Shown: in pieces, positions 24,701 to 33,703 of the stretch | Layout: the number at the start of each line of letters is the position of its first letter | How positions within the stretch are numbered: position 1 is the stretch's first letter | Source: Eubacteriales bacterium | GTDB lineage: Bacteria; Bacillota; Clostridia; Oscillospirales; CAG-272 | Assembly: GCA_045633385.1 (NCBI GenBank) | Contig: JAZQYE010000259.1 | Span: 1-36,771 of the forward strand | Length of the DNA stretch: 36,771 nucleotides | Direction of reading: 5' to 3' | The notes under the pieces: model-generated | Told to the model about the DNA's origin: nothing | Databases searched by the model: none | The model's input: only the letters and a program-made list of their open reading frames with translations | Program-made: the position numbers and the translations under genes

Positions 24701-25696
24701 TCCTTCCCCTATCAGTACGATGCGGCTAACCGTTTCAGAACCGGTGAAATGCCCATCATTCTTGCGGGTTATACCGGCCTTTACAACCAGCTCAAGGTAT
24801 TTGCTACCGAGCTTGACGGTTGCTGGACCTTCGTTCCCGTTCCCGGAACCCTGAACGAGGAGACCGGTAAGATCGATAACCAGACCATGGCTGCAACTGC
24901 GGCTGTCGTTATGATCTCCGGTACCACCAATATTGAGGGTGCATGGGATTACATGTGCTGGTACACCGGTGCTGAGGCACAGACCGCGTATGCAAACGAA
25001 ATGGTTGCAATCATCGGTGACTCTGCAAAGCACTCCACAGCAAACCGCGAGGCGCTCGCAAGCATGCCTTGGACCTACGATGAGTACATTGAGGTTTCCA
25101 AGCAGTTTGAGAACCTCTCCGCAATTGAGAACTACCCCGGCTTCTACTTTATCGGACGTCATACCAACTTCGCATTCCTTTCCGCTTATAACGACGGTGC
25201 AGATCCGACCACCGAGCTGTTGAGTTACATCAACACCATTAACACCGAGATCACCCGTAAGCGTAAGGAGTTCGGTCTGGAGACCCTTGAGCTTGGTCAA
25301 AAGCTCTCCGAAAAGAGATCTGATCAAATCAGAACAGCGATCACTGCCTTGAATGAGACCACCTCCAACACCGAGCAATACAAGGGTGCAATCGATAAGG
25401 CTATGTACGGTATTGTAAACTCCAATATCGTTCGTTTGGAAGAGGCTGCAATCCTCTTTGAAGAAATTCTTGCTTCCAAGTGGGATAAATCCACCAAGGA
25501 GATCATGAAGGTCAACGGAGAGATTGAAACGGTTCCTTCCTATTATAGAAACGTAACGAAGCAGACCTTGGACGAGGAAAAGAAAGATGGTTACGATATT
25601 GGCGGTTACGCGATCGAAAGTCTTTCCGAGCTCGAGCTGATCTACTTCATTGCAGAGGCGCTGCGCGACACTGCTGAGGCACTCGCTTCTTATTAA
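21794..25696 (+). CDS. Giant extracellular solute-binding protein (~1300 aa): signal peptide, CBM6/35-like beta-sandwiches, helical stalk, family-1 sugar SBP domain
   Basis: RBS GGAGG 8 nt before ATG 21794; IKIEAEN...GQWVEYSFSVDSSGWYDIYARFKQ (CBM-like); YYGLPETQGFSMMFVRLDILQDLGIEIPRTWDDL, FRTGEMPI and AWDYMCW (SBP). Confidence 0.88.
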   Translation: MRNKTFTRLLCFALALMCLVSSAVTVVGAAEVVNDNLTDKTIDDYKETLNMISYAEYQAMYFANATQATKEIVALLTDNWMFECDNIVITQSGDAWKMIVLDDVYFESVDKASAAGYAASALYQVADGRLRLIAESYNSLADALAAKDASGKAKYEKSELAYVTDEYNGVSAIYTPNRGEVTWTIDLKAAGVTVPTLYSIGMDYFPVVARSSAIERELYINGKPAYAESHALVFSKVWGSYQQGSVNDGTTANLKALVATYTLGKKDDLNTIVKEAEEAGFKANVTYTVAEDQKSIAFVMPEYSTVKNAAFIEKYGLRFFTTDINNNEIRPTQLQNPEWRKYIISDSDGYTHYYEAVNAEGEKVGTYDSEYFGFVLTPDENGQFKLKLKSVNEPMALSTLTLMPYESTYSYEDYRKTLESMIGTTQGNSVIKIEAENTQKTSTNVVYPIEDRASALTSPVDPKRMLLNTIGTEKWATAGQWVEYSFSVDSSGWYDIYARFKQSYLDGMYVSRALTITTNYENEEAYLAEQGTVAGYYNGLPFAEAAGLRYDYGTDWQVTKLSSTGNLSDDSYQLYFREGVVYTINLKVTFGTMSDTVREIERILNALNKDYLSIIQLTGTTPDDYRDYKFYSMLPETLDSMFAEIESLKAISQFLREGAGVASTYTGVCDKLVDLLGRMVIKGGDPIAKNLDTFKSYVGSLGTFLSDAKTQPLQLDYLVIQPAENEAPKASANFFQSFWHEIKGFYWSFFRDYNSMGATEELGDDVEAVTVWVPYGRDQANVIRNLTTNSFTQLYGRSVDLKLVNGGTLLPSILADMGPDVYHGLGDDTVINYAIRGALLPIEGVDPENFDDVISNFNEAALTVLRIADADNIMHYYGLPETQGFSMMFVRLDILQDLGIEIPRTWDDLYEAQSKLQANNMEIGVTTDYMPFLYQMGGSIWADEGMRINLDSEVGLAAFNKMCDMFTQYSFPYQYDAANRFRTGEMPIILAGYTGLYNQLKVFATELDGCWTFVPVPGTLNEETGKIDNQTMAATAAVVMISGTTNIEGAWDYMCWYTGAEAQTAYANEMVAIIGDSAKHSTANREALASMPWTYDEYIEVSKQFENLSAIENYPGFYFIGRHTNFAFLSAYNDGADPTTELLSYINTINTEITRKRKEFGLETLELGQKLSEKRSDQIRTAITALNETTSNTEQYKGAIDKAMYGIVNSNIVRLEEAAILFEEILASKWDKSTKEIMKVNGEIETVPSYYRNVTKQTLDEEKKDGYDIGGYAIESLSELELIYFIAEALRDTAEALASY

Positions 25697-25734
25697 GACC
25701 TCTTCTAAAATACTGATGTAAGGAGAAAGAGCAA

Positions 25735-26682
25735 ATGTCAAAACAAAAGACAGAATATAAAGCGGTTGCCAGAAAAGACATGACTTACCGTCAATATATG
25801 TGGAAGGAAATGAAGCGCAACTGGGTTGCATATCTGATGATTCTCCCGTACGTGCTGATCTTCGCCCTCTTCACTATTTTCCCGGTTATCCTGTCCTTCA
25901 TTATCAGCTTTACCGACTTTAACATGCTTCAATGGCCGAACTTTGTTTGGATCACAAACTACGTCAATTTGTTCTTTGCAGACGATATCTTCTTGATCGC
26001 CTGCAAGAACACCTTGATCTTTGCGGCTATCGTAGGACCTGCTTCCTACTTGATGTCCTTCTTGGTAGCTTGGTTTATCAACGAGCTGCCCCCTCGCATT
26101 CGTGCGATCGTTACCTTGATCTTCTATGCACCTTCCATTTCCGGTCAGGTGTACATGATTTGGGGTACCTTGTTCTCCGGTGACTCTTACGGTTGGGTTA
26201 ACGCAACCTTGATTGAGACCGGTATGATTACCGAACCGATTCAGTGGTTTAAGGATGCCGACTATATTATGCCCTTGTGTATCGTAGTTGCACTTTGGAC
26301 CTCCTTGGGACACTCGTTCCTGTCGTTTATCGCAGGTTTGCAGGGCGTTGACCACTCCCTGTACGAGGCGGGTGCTGTTGACGGTGTAAAGAACCGTTGG
26401 CAAGAGCTTTGGTATATCACCCTTCCCAGTATGAAGCCGCAGCTGATGTTCGGTGCGGTCATGGCAATTACCGGATCCTTCGGATTTGGTGGTGTCGTTA
26501 CGGCACTTTGCGGATTCCCCTCCGTTGACTACGCGGCTCATACGATTACGCACCACTTGGACGACTACGGCGGAGCTCGTTACGAAATCGGTTACTCCTC
26601 CACCATTGCCGTTGTACTCTTTACGATCATGATCGTAGCGAACACGATCGTTAAGAAAGCTCTTTCAAAGGTAGGTACTTAA
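25735..26682 (+). CDS. Carbohydrate ABC transporter permease (MalF/UgpA-like) 1
   Basis: SFTDFN, NY..LF, EAA loop AGLQGVDHSLYEAGAVDG, ITLPSMKP. Confidence 0.93.
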   Translation: MSKQKTEYKAVARKDMTYRQYMWKEMKRNWVAYLMILPYVLIFALFTIFPVILSFIISFTDFNMLQWPNFVWITNYVNLFFADDIFLIACKNTLIFAAIVGPASYLMSFLVAWFINELPPRIRAIVTLIFYAPSISGQVYMIWGTLFSGDSYGWVNATLIETGMITEPIQWFKDADYIMPLCIVVALWTSLGHSFLSFIAGLQGVDHSLYEAGAVDGVKNRWQELWYITLPSMKPQLMFGAVMAITGSFGFGGVVTALCGFPSVDYAAHTITHHLDDYGGARYEIGYSSTIAVVLFTIMIVANTIVKKALSKVGT

Positions 26683-26683
26683 T

Positions 26684-27556
26684 ATGGCAAAATTAAGAAC
26701 AAGAAAGCATAGAGTCGTATTGTCCCGTTCTGCGGGAGGCGATGCAGGTATCACCGTCGTACTGACGCTGCTTGGTATCTTTATGTTCCTCCCCATGGTG
26801 TACGTTCTCTCTCAATCGCTCAAGCCTTTGGATGAGTTGTGGATGTATCCTCCGAGATTCATCGTGCAAAACCCCACCCTTTCTAACTTTACTGATCTGT
26901 TTACCCTGATGAACGACTCTTGGGTACCGTTCTCCCGTTACATCTTTAACACGGTGTTTACGTCTGTTATGGGTACGTTCGGTCACTTGTTCATTGCATC
27001 TATGTGTGCATACGCATTGGCAAAGATCAAGTTCCCCGGCGGTAAGCTCGTATTTACCACCATTCAAACCTCTCTGATGTTCCACCAGACCGTTAGTGCA
27101 ATCACCGGCTTTATGTTGATGAGTGCCTTCCGTATGGTAGATACATATTGGGCGATCATCGTTCCTTCTTGGGGTTACACCCTTGGTTTGTACTTGATGA
27201 AGCAGTTTATGGACTCCGCAGTTCCGGATACCGTTTTGGAGAGTGCAAGACTTGACGGCGCAAGCGAGATCCGTACCTACTGGACCATTGCAATGCCTAT
27301 GGTTAAGCCCGCATGGCTGACGTTGATCATCTATTCGTTCCAATCCCTGTGGAATGCAGGTTCGTCTATTTACATTTATTCCGAGCAGCTCAAGTCCTTC
27401 AACTACGCAATCGGTCAGATCACCGCAGGTGGTATCAAGCGTGCAGGTGCATCTGCAGCCGCAACCGTGTTGATGATGATGGTCCCGATCTTGGTATTCG
27501 TTATTTCTCAGTCGAATATCATCGAGACGATGGGCTCCAGCGGTATGAAGGATTAA
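26684..27556 (+). CDS. Carbohydrate ABC transporter permease (MalG/UgpE-like) 1
   Basis: SLKPLDEL, AYALAKIKFPG, EAA loop VPDTVLESARLDGASE. Confidence 0.93.
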   Translation: MAKLRTRKHRVVLSRSAGGDAGITVVLTLLGIFMFLPMVYVLSQSLKPLDELWMYPPRFIVQNPTLSNFTDLFTLMNDSWVPFSRYIFNTVFTSVMGTFGHLFIASMCAYALAKIKFPGGKLVFTTIQTSLMFHQTVSAITGFMLMSAFRMVDTYWAIIVPSWGYTLGLYLMKQFMDSAVPDTVLESARLDGASEIRTYWTIAMPMVKPAWLTLIIYSFQSLWNAGSSIYIYSEQLKSFNYAIGQITAGGIKRAGASAAATVLMMMVPILVFVISQSNIIETMGSSGMKD

Positions 27557-27566
27557 GGAGGGCAAT

Positions 27567-29711
27567 ATGAAAAAAAGTACATCTGTTATACTGCTGATAT
27601 TGTCTCTCGCAATGATCATTCCGATGATGACGATCGGCACCGCTGCTTCCTCGGCTTATCAGACCTACACCTACTCCATCGACGGCGTTGCACTGTACTC
27701 TCCCGATGCTTATTCTCCCGAAGAAGCTTTGGTTGCGGCAGATATGCAGTTGCCGATGGATATGAAGGATCCTAAGGATTTGATCACCGATAAAGAAGGC
27801 AACGTTTACATTGCCGACAGCGGTAACAACCAGATCCTCATCCTCAACCGTTACTTCAAGTATCAGGCATCTATCACCACCTTCCAAAACAGCGCGGGTA
27901 ACAACGATAAGTTCACCGCACCCGAGGGTGTGTTCGTAACCGATGATTCCATTTGGGTTTGCGACACCGGCAACAGCCGTTTGGTGGAGTTTGACAAAAA
28001 GACCCTGGAGTTCAAGCAGATTCTGGACGCTCCCGAGAGCCAATTGTTCGATGCAAACGCAGCGTATAAGCCCGTTGCAATGGCAATTGACCAATACGGA
28101 AGAATCTACGTCGTATCCTCCTCCACCAACCAGGGTATCATCGTTATGAACTCCTCCGGTGAGTTTGTAGGTTTTATCGGTGCGCAGGCAGTTACGATCT
28201 CCGCATGGGAAATTTTGTGGAGAAACTTCCAAACCGAGGCACAGAGAAAGCTGACCTACGGTAAGACCTCTGTTGTTTATAACAACGTTGCAATTACCTC
28301 CGACGGATTTATTTACGTTACCACCGCAGGTATCGAGGATAGCTCGGTACAGGGCGCGATCCGCAGTAAGGCCAAGGACGGTAAGTATATGCCCGTTAAG
28401 CTCCTCAACCCCTCGGGTGACGAGATCATGAGACGTAACGGCTTCTGGCCTCCGGCAGGTGAGATCGATATCTTCGGCTTTACCAACTCCGAGATCAGCG
28501 GCGTTTCTACCATCGTTGACGTAGCGGCAGGTCCCGAAAAGACTTGGTCTATCGTAGATACCAAGCGCGAAAAGATCTACACCTATGACTTTAACGGTAA
28601 CCTCTTGTTTGCATTTGGTGATACCGGTACCATGTTGGGAAGTATTGCCAACGTTGGTGCAATTGCATATCAGGGAAACAAGATGATCATTTTGGACGTA
28701 GGCTCTAACAGTGTGATCATTTATGACCGCACCGAGTACGGAGACCTGTTGATCCAAGCGATTGCTGCAGAGAACTCCTTGGACTACGATTATGCAATCG
28801 AGTGCTGGAAGAAAGTTCTGCAGAGAAACTCCAACTTCGACGCCGCATACGTTGGTATCGGTAACGCTTTGTACCGTAGCGCAGACTATGAGGAAGCATT
28901 GGAGTATTACGAGAGTGCATACGATACCGCAAACTGGTCCGAGGCGTACAAGATGGTACGTAAGGAGTGGATGTCGGTATGGTTCCTGCCTATCGTTGCT
29001 ATCATTATTATCCTGATCGTTGCAGTGCTCAAGTTCTTGGGCTGGGCTGCAAAGGTCAACAAGCGTGTTGCTACCGACGGTAAGGAAAGAAAGACCTTTG
29101 GTCAGGAGCTGCTTTACGGCTTCTACGTAATCTTCCATCCGTTTGACGGCTTCTACGACTTGAAGCATGAGCACCGTGGTTCTGTTCGTGCATCTCTCGT
29201 ATTCCTTGCTTTGTCCGTTGTTGCATTCTTCTATCAGGGCATCGGTCAGGGATACGTTATGAACCCCACGGGCAAGACGACCACCCTTTGGGCGCAGGCA
29301 ATTTCCGTTTTGGTTCCTTTGTTCCTGTTCGTTCTTGCAAACTGGTGCTTGACCACCTTGTTTGAGGGTGAAGGTAGCTTCAAGGATATCTTTATTGCAT
29401 CTTGCTACTCGCTGATGCCGCTGGTTCTTTTGATCATTCCCGCTACCATCGGTTCCAACTGGGTCAGCACTACTGAGGTTGCCATTGTTGAAATGGTAAC
29501 GACCATCGCATTTATCTGGACCATCATGTTGCTGTTCTTCGGCACGATGATCACACACGATTACTCGCTCTTCAAGAACCTGATCACCATTGTTGGTACG
29601 GTTGTTGCAATGGCATTTATCGTATTCCTCGTGCTCTTGTTCAGTATGTTGCTTGCAAAGCTGGTAGGCCTTGTCACCAACATTATTACAGAGATCCAGT
29701 ATCGTGTATAA
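27567..29711 (+). CDS. NHL-repeat beta-propeller + TPR + Yip1-like membrane domain protein
   Basis: Signal peptide; NHL blades PKDL..D.EGNVYIADSGNNQI and PEGVFV..IWVCDTGNSRL; TPR-like W.KVLQRN.NF..AY.GIG.A.Y; C-terminal FHPFDGFYDLK plus ~5 TM segments (Yip1-like). Confidence 0.85.
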   Translation: MKKSTSVILLILSLAMIIPMMTIGTAASSAYQTYTYSIDGVALYSPDAYSPEEALVAADMQLPMDMKDPKDLITDKEGNVYIADSGNNQILILNRYFKYQASITTFQNSAGNNDKFTAPEGVFVTDDSIWVCDTGNSRLVEFDKKTLEFKQILDAPESQLFDANAAYKPVAMAIDQYGRIYVVSSSTNQGIIVMNSSGEFVGFIGAQAVTISAWEILWRNFQTEAQRKLTYGKTSVVYNNVAITSDGFIYVTTAGIEDSSVQGAIRSKAKDGKYMPVKLLNPSGDEIMRRNGFWPPAGEIDIFGFTNSEISGVSTIVDVAAGPEKTWSIVDTKREKIYTYDFNGNLLFAFGDTGTMLGSIANVGAIAYQGNKMIILDVGSNSVIIYDRTEYGDLLIQAIAAENSLDYDYAIECWKKVLQRNSNFDAAYVGIGNALYRSADYEEALEYYESAYDTANWSEAYKMVRKEWMSVWFLPIVAIIIILIVAVLKFLGWAAKVNKRVATDGKERKTFGQELLYGFYVIFHPFDGFYDLKHEHRGSVRASLVFLALSVVAFFYQGIGQGYVMNPTGKTTTLWAQAISVLVPLFLFVLANWCLTTLFEGEGSFKDIFIASCYSLMPLVLLIIPATIGSNWVSTTEVAIVEMVTTIAFIWTIMLLFFGTMITHDYSLFKNLITIVGTVVAMAFIVFLVLLFSMLLAKLVGLVTNIITEIQYRV

Positions 29712-29732
29712 CGGCAGATAGGAGGTTTAGAA

Positions 29733-32700
29733 ATGAAAATTACAAAACGCATACTTTCGACACTCTTAGCTGTCACTATGGTGCTCAGTGCATTCGTTGC
29801 ACTGATGACCGTTCCGGTTTCTGCCGCAACGACCGAGACTGAAACGGTGAACGTGCCGATCGAAAATTACGTTACCAAGGTTTATAACAACCCGCAGGAA
29901 AAGCTTGCTACCATGCAACCTATGCGTACCTACGAGAATCATCAGCTTTGGGTTGACGTAAAGAGCGGCGAGATTGCTTACGTAGAGCTCGACGCCGATG
30001 GAAATCCCACCGAAAACATTCTGTTCAGCAACCCCTATGACGTTGCCGCTTCCAAGGGTAGTGAATCTACCAAGCAGGAGCTGCTCTCTCAAATCATTGT
30101 AGCGTACAAGGATACCACGGGTACCTCCAAGAACCTGTACAGCTACAAGGATGCCGCACTCAACGACCAGATCAAGGTTCAATTGATCAAGGGCGGTGTG
30201 CGCGTTGAGTACATCATTGGTCGTGAGGACGGAAGAAAGCTGATTCCGAGATTGATCCTGGATAGCAGTTTTGATCCTAACATTCTTGCAAACATCCGCG
30301 AGGTTGTAGAGCGTGGCGAGTTGTTGCAATTCGACTACGACTGGTTTGTAAACGCATGGCAGAAGATCGACCCCAATGAAATGAGTAATCTTCAGAGAAT
30401 TGAGTTTACAAAGAAGTACCCCGTTTTGGGCGAGTATTACCTTGACGAAAACGGCGAGACCGTATATCCCATCATTTGGCTGTTCCTTGATAAAATGGTC
30501 AACGTGAGTGATATGCTCAAGCGCGAAGAGTGGATCAAGATGTATTGTCCCGATTACACCTTCGAGCAATTGGATCTCGACCACGAGGCAACCGGCTACG
30601 AAGCAGAGGATGAAAAGTTCCCCGTATTTAAGATGGCTCTGGAGTACTACATGGACGAAAACGGTCTCTCCGTTCGTCTGCCTTGTAACGGTCTCCGTTA
30701 CGATATGTCCTCCTACACCTTGGAGAACCTTTCCGTTCTGCCTTACATGGGCGCAAGTAACTACAAAAACGCAGGATTTGAATATTCCTACGTTGACGAA
30801 AGCGGTAACATGGTAGAGGATGTTACTACCAGCTACACCTTCTTCCCGGATGGTTCCGGTGCACTGTTCGATCATGCACAGCTCGGAACTTCTACCGAAA
30901 AGCTTTTGGGCTACGTTTACGGTGAAGACTTTGCTTACCACCAATTGCTGGGACTCAAGTTCCAAAAGGTTGTTCGCTATCCCGTTTACGGAACCATCAG
31001 CAGCGAGGCGTTCTATGAGTACACCTACTCTGCACCCGATCCGGAAACCGGTGGAATGGGCGAGCCCATTACGGTTCGTATGTCCAACACCGTAAAGTCT
31101 TTGGAGCAGATCGAGACAGAATTGGAAACGATGGGCGCAACCCTGCTCTCCGGTAACATTGCCGATACGCTTGAGGTATCCACCCGCGGCTTTGTGGCAT
31201 TCGTTGAGGATGCAGATTCTCTGACCAGATTCCAGCTCTATCACGGCGGTGCATTGCACAACTACAGCACGGTATATCCGTACTTTAACCCCAAGCCAAA
31301 CGACTCTTACGACCTTTCCGATGCAATCTCTGCAAGCTCGAGTAAGAACGTTAACATCCAATCCGACAGAAGATACACCGGTAGCTTCACGCTCCGCTTT
31401 GTCATGCTCAAGGATGAGGATAGCGTAAAGCAGGATGCAGTAGCTCCCGCAAACGAGGGCGAGCAACAGCAGCCTACGCAAAACACCAAGTTCTATCCTA
31501 CCACCTGGTTGGGTATGGCTGAGGCGTATCGCGATTATCTGTGCAACAAGGGCATTCTGAACAAGAATGGCTTGGCAGCAGATAAGCTGGAGGAGGATAT
31601 CCCGCTTTACATTGAGGTATTTGGTGCTTTGGAGACTCAAGAGACCATTGCAACCATTCCCGTATGGGTTATGACCCCCCTGACGACGTTTGACAACGTA
31701 TTGACGATGTACAACGAGCTGGGTGATTATAACGTTAAGAACATCAACTTTAAGATGACCGGTTTTGCAAACGGCGGTATGTATGCTACCATGCCTTCCT
31801 CTCTGAAGTGGGAGAAGAAGCTTGGCGGCAAGGATGGCTTCCAGGCTCTTGCTGACGAAGCAAACCGCATCAACGCTTTGGCAGACGGATCTCACCTTGG
31901 TCTGTATCCCGATTTCAATTTTGCTTACATTGAGCAAAACACGTTGTTTGACGGCGTTAACCTTAAGGAAGACGCAATCAAGACCATTGATAATCGTTAC
32001 ACCATGTTCCGTTCCTACAATGCGGCACAGCAAAGCTTTACTTCCTTCTATCAGTTGGCAATCTCGCCCTCTCGTTTCAGCAAGTTCTACACCAAGCTGA
32101 TGGAGAATTACGAGATCTACGGTGTAAATTCCATGTCCGTTGCAACCCTGGGTACTTCTTTGAACTCTGACTTTGACGAGGAAGAGATGTACAACCGCGA
32201 GGAGAGCAAGGAGTTTACCACCGAGGCTCTTGCCGACTTCAAGAATGCAGGCTACAGCCTGATGGTAGAGGGCGGTAACTCTTACACCTGGGCTTACGTT
32301 GATCACATTCTCAACGTGGACCTTGACTCCAGCCGTTACCTTGAAGCAAGCGCAACCGTTCCCTTTATCGGTGCGGTTTTGCACGGCTATGTACAGTTTG
32401 CAGGTGCTCCCTTGAACGAGGAGGGTAACGTAAACTACGCAATTCTGAGAGCTATCGAAAACGGTGCAGGCATCTATTTCATTCTCTCTTATCAAAACAC
32501 CACCGAGCTGAAGGAGGATTCCTTCCTCAGCCAGTACTACTCCATTCGTTACGACATTTGGCTCGAGGACGTTGCAAAATACTACAACGAGCTCAATACC
32601 GTTTTGAAGGACCTTCAAGATAAGCAGATCATCGACCACGAATTCCTGGTAGGTGAGCGCGTACTTGACCTTGACGAGCTGGAGGCAGACATTTCTAACC

Positions 32701-33686
32701 GCTTGGAGAATGCTATCAAGGACGAAAACAAGCTCCAAGAGGATTCCGAGACCGAGGACGTGATCTCTGTAGCAAATGCATGGAGCTTGCTCTATCATTC
32801 TGAAGAGACCATGAAGGAGATTCTTGATTTGGTAAATGAAGCAAACAGTGAGGTTGAATCCGTATATGACGAATTCAGCAGCAGATTGAGCTTCTCTTCC
32901 GAAATCAAGCAGGTGTTCACCGACTACTTGCGCGTCGACCCCGAGGTTGAAGGCTCCGATGCACTTTATAAGGACTCTATCGACACTCTTTCCATCAAGC
33001 TTTCCACTTTGCGTGCAAAGACTGCGGCTCTGGCTCAATTGGCAGAGGATATCAGATACCTGCAGCAAAGATGTGACGAGATGGTTGAAGCAATGGATGC
33101 AGCAATCGAGCTGATGAAGACGACTGAGATCTACAATAAGGATGAAGCGACCAGAGCAAAGCTTCTCGCTCAAATGGAAGCTTACCACGTTGAGGCTGTT
33201 AAGTACGTTACCAGAATTGCAAATGCTACTTCCTCTTTCTTCGATCCCGAGCAGGGTTACGATTACTTGAATCCGGAAAGCAGTTTCTACTTCTTGGATG
33301 AGGCAGTTAAGACTATTACCGCAGCATTCGTGACCGGTTTTGGAGAGGGCGGCATTTATGCGGCTGACGAAAATGCGGAGACTGTTTATGCAGACATCAT
33401 GGCTTCCTGCAAGATCTTTACCAAGGAGCAGATTCTGGCTCAGGTACAGGTAGGCGGCGCTGATGAGGAGGACGAGGACGATAGTGATGGAGAAATCGGT
33501 GCTGTTAACAACAACCAAATTGCTGTTGTTACGTACGGTGATCGCGACATCGACACCTTTGCAAAGACTCCTTATAAGAGCATCATTCTCAACTACAACA
33601 GCTATGCTGTTCGTGTAACCTACAACGGTGTACTCTATACGGTTCCCAGCGGCGGTTACATCATCATCATGTACGATAACAACTGA
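29733..33686 (+). CDS. Large secreted DUF5696-like protein (1317 aa)
   Basis: Signal peptide; FFPDGSGAL, VYGED, YPVYG, GMAEAYRDYL, PLTTF, GFANGG, VPFIGAVLHGYV, LRAIENGA recalled as DUF5696-family motifs; operon context. Confidence 0.78.
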   Translation: MKITKRILSTLLAVTMVLSAFVALMTVPVSAATTETETVNVPIENYVTKVYNNPQEKLATMQPMRTYENHQLWVDVKSGEIAYVELDADGNPTENILFSNPYDVAASKGSESTKQELLSQIIVAYKDTTGTSKNLYSYKDAALNDQIKVQLIKGGVRVEYIIGREDGRKLIPRLILDSSFDPNILANIREVVERGELLQFDYDWFVNAWQKIDPNEMSNLQRIEFTKKYPVLGEYYLDENGETVYPIIWLFLDKMVNVSDMLKREEWIKMYCPDYTFEQLDLDHEATGYEAEDEKFPVFKMALEYYMDENGLSVRLPCNGLRYDMSSYTLENLSVLPYMGASNYKNAGFEYSYVDESGNMVEDVTTSYTFFPDGSGALFDHAQLGTSTEKLLGYVYGEDFAYHQLLGLKFQKVVRYPVYGTISSEAFYEYTYSAPDPETGGMGEPITVRMSNTVKSLEQIETELETMGATLLSGNIADTLEVSTRGFVAFVEDADSLTRFQLYHGGALHNYSTVYPYFNPKPNDSYDLSDAISASSSKNVNIQSDRRYTGSFTLRFVMLKDEDSVKQDAVAPANEGEQQQPTQNTKFYPTTWLGMAEAYRDYLCNKGILNKNGLAADKLEEDIPLYIEVFGALETQETIATIPVWVMTPLTTFDNVLTMYNELGDYNVKNINFKMTGFANGGMYATMPSSLKWEKKLGGKDGFQALADEANRINALADGSHLGLYPDFNFAYIEQNTLFDGVNLKEDAIKTIDNRYTMFRSYNAAQQSFTSFYQLAISPSRFSKFYTKLMENYEIYGVNSMSVATLGTSLNSDFDEEEMYNREESKEFTTEALADFKNAGYSLMVEGGNSYTWAYVDHILNVDLDSSRYLEASATVPFIGAVLHGYVQFAGAPLNEEGNVNYAILRAIENGAGIYFILSYQNTTELKEDSFLSQYYSIRYDIWLEDVAKYYNELNTVLKDLQDKQIIDHEFLVGERVLDLDELEADISNRLENAIKDENKLQEDSETEDVISVANAWSLLYHSEETMKEILDLVNEANSEVESVYDEFSSRLSFSSEIKQVFTDYLRVDPEVEGSDALYKDSIDTLSIKLSTLRAKTAALAQLAEDIRYLQQRCDEMVEAMDAAIELMKTTEIYNKDEATRAKLLAQMEAYHVEAVKYVTRIANATSSFFDPEQGYDYLNPESSFYFLDEAVKTITAAFVTGFGEGGIYAADENAETVYADIMASCKIFTKEQILAQVQVGGADEEDEDDSDGEIGAVNNNQIAVVTYGDRDIDTFAKTPYKSIILNYNSYAVRVTYNGVLYTVPSGGYIIIMYDNN

Positions 33687-33703
33687 GAGGAGGACAATAC
33701 ACT

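Noticed and set aside
21458-25831. 1457-aa antisense ORF
   Set aside because: Same codon register as the SBP gene; explained by avoidance of TTA/CTA/TCA codons; no recognisable motifs
27519-29558. 679-aa antisense ORF and similar shadows over the permeases, GH30, sufBD, kinase and LRR genes
   Set aside because: Each overlaps a well-supported gene on the opposite strand and has no family motifs
29766-33518. 1250-aa antisense ORF
   Set aside because: Shadow of the DUF5696-like gene for the same codon-bias reason
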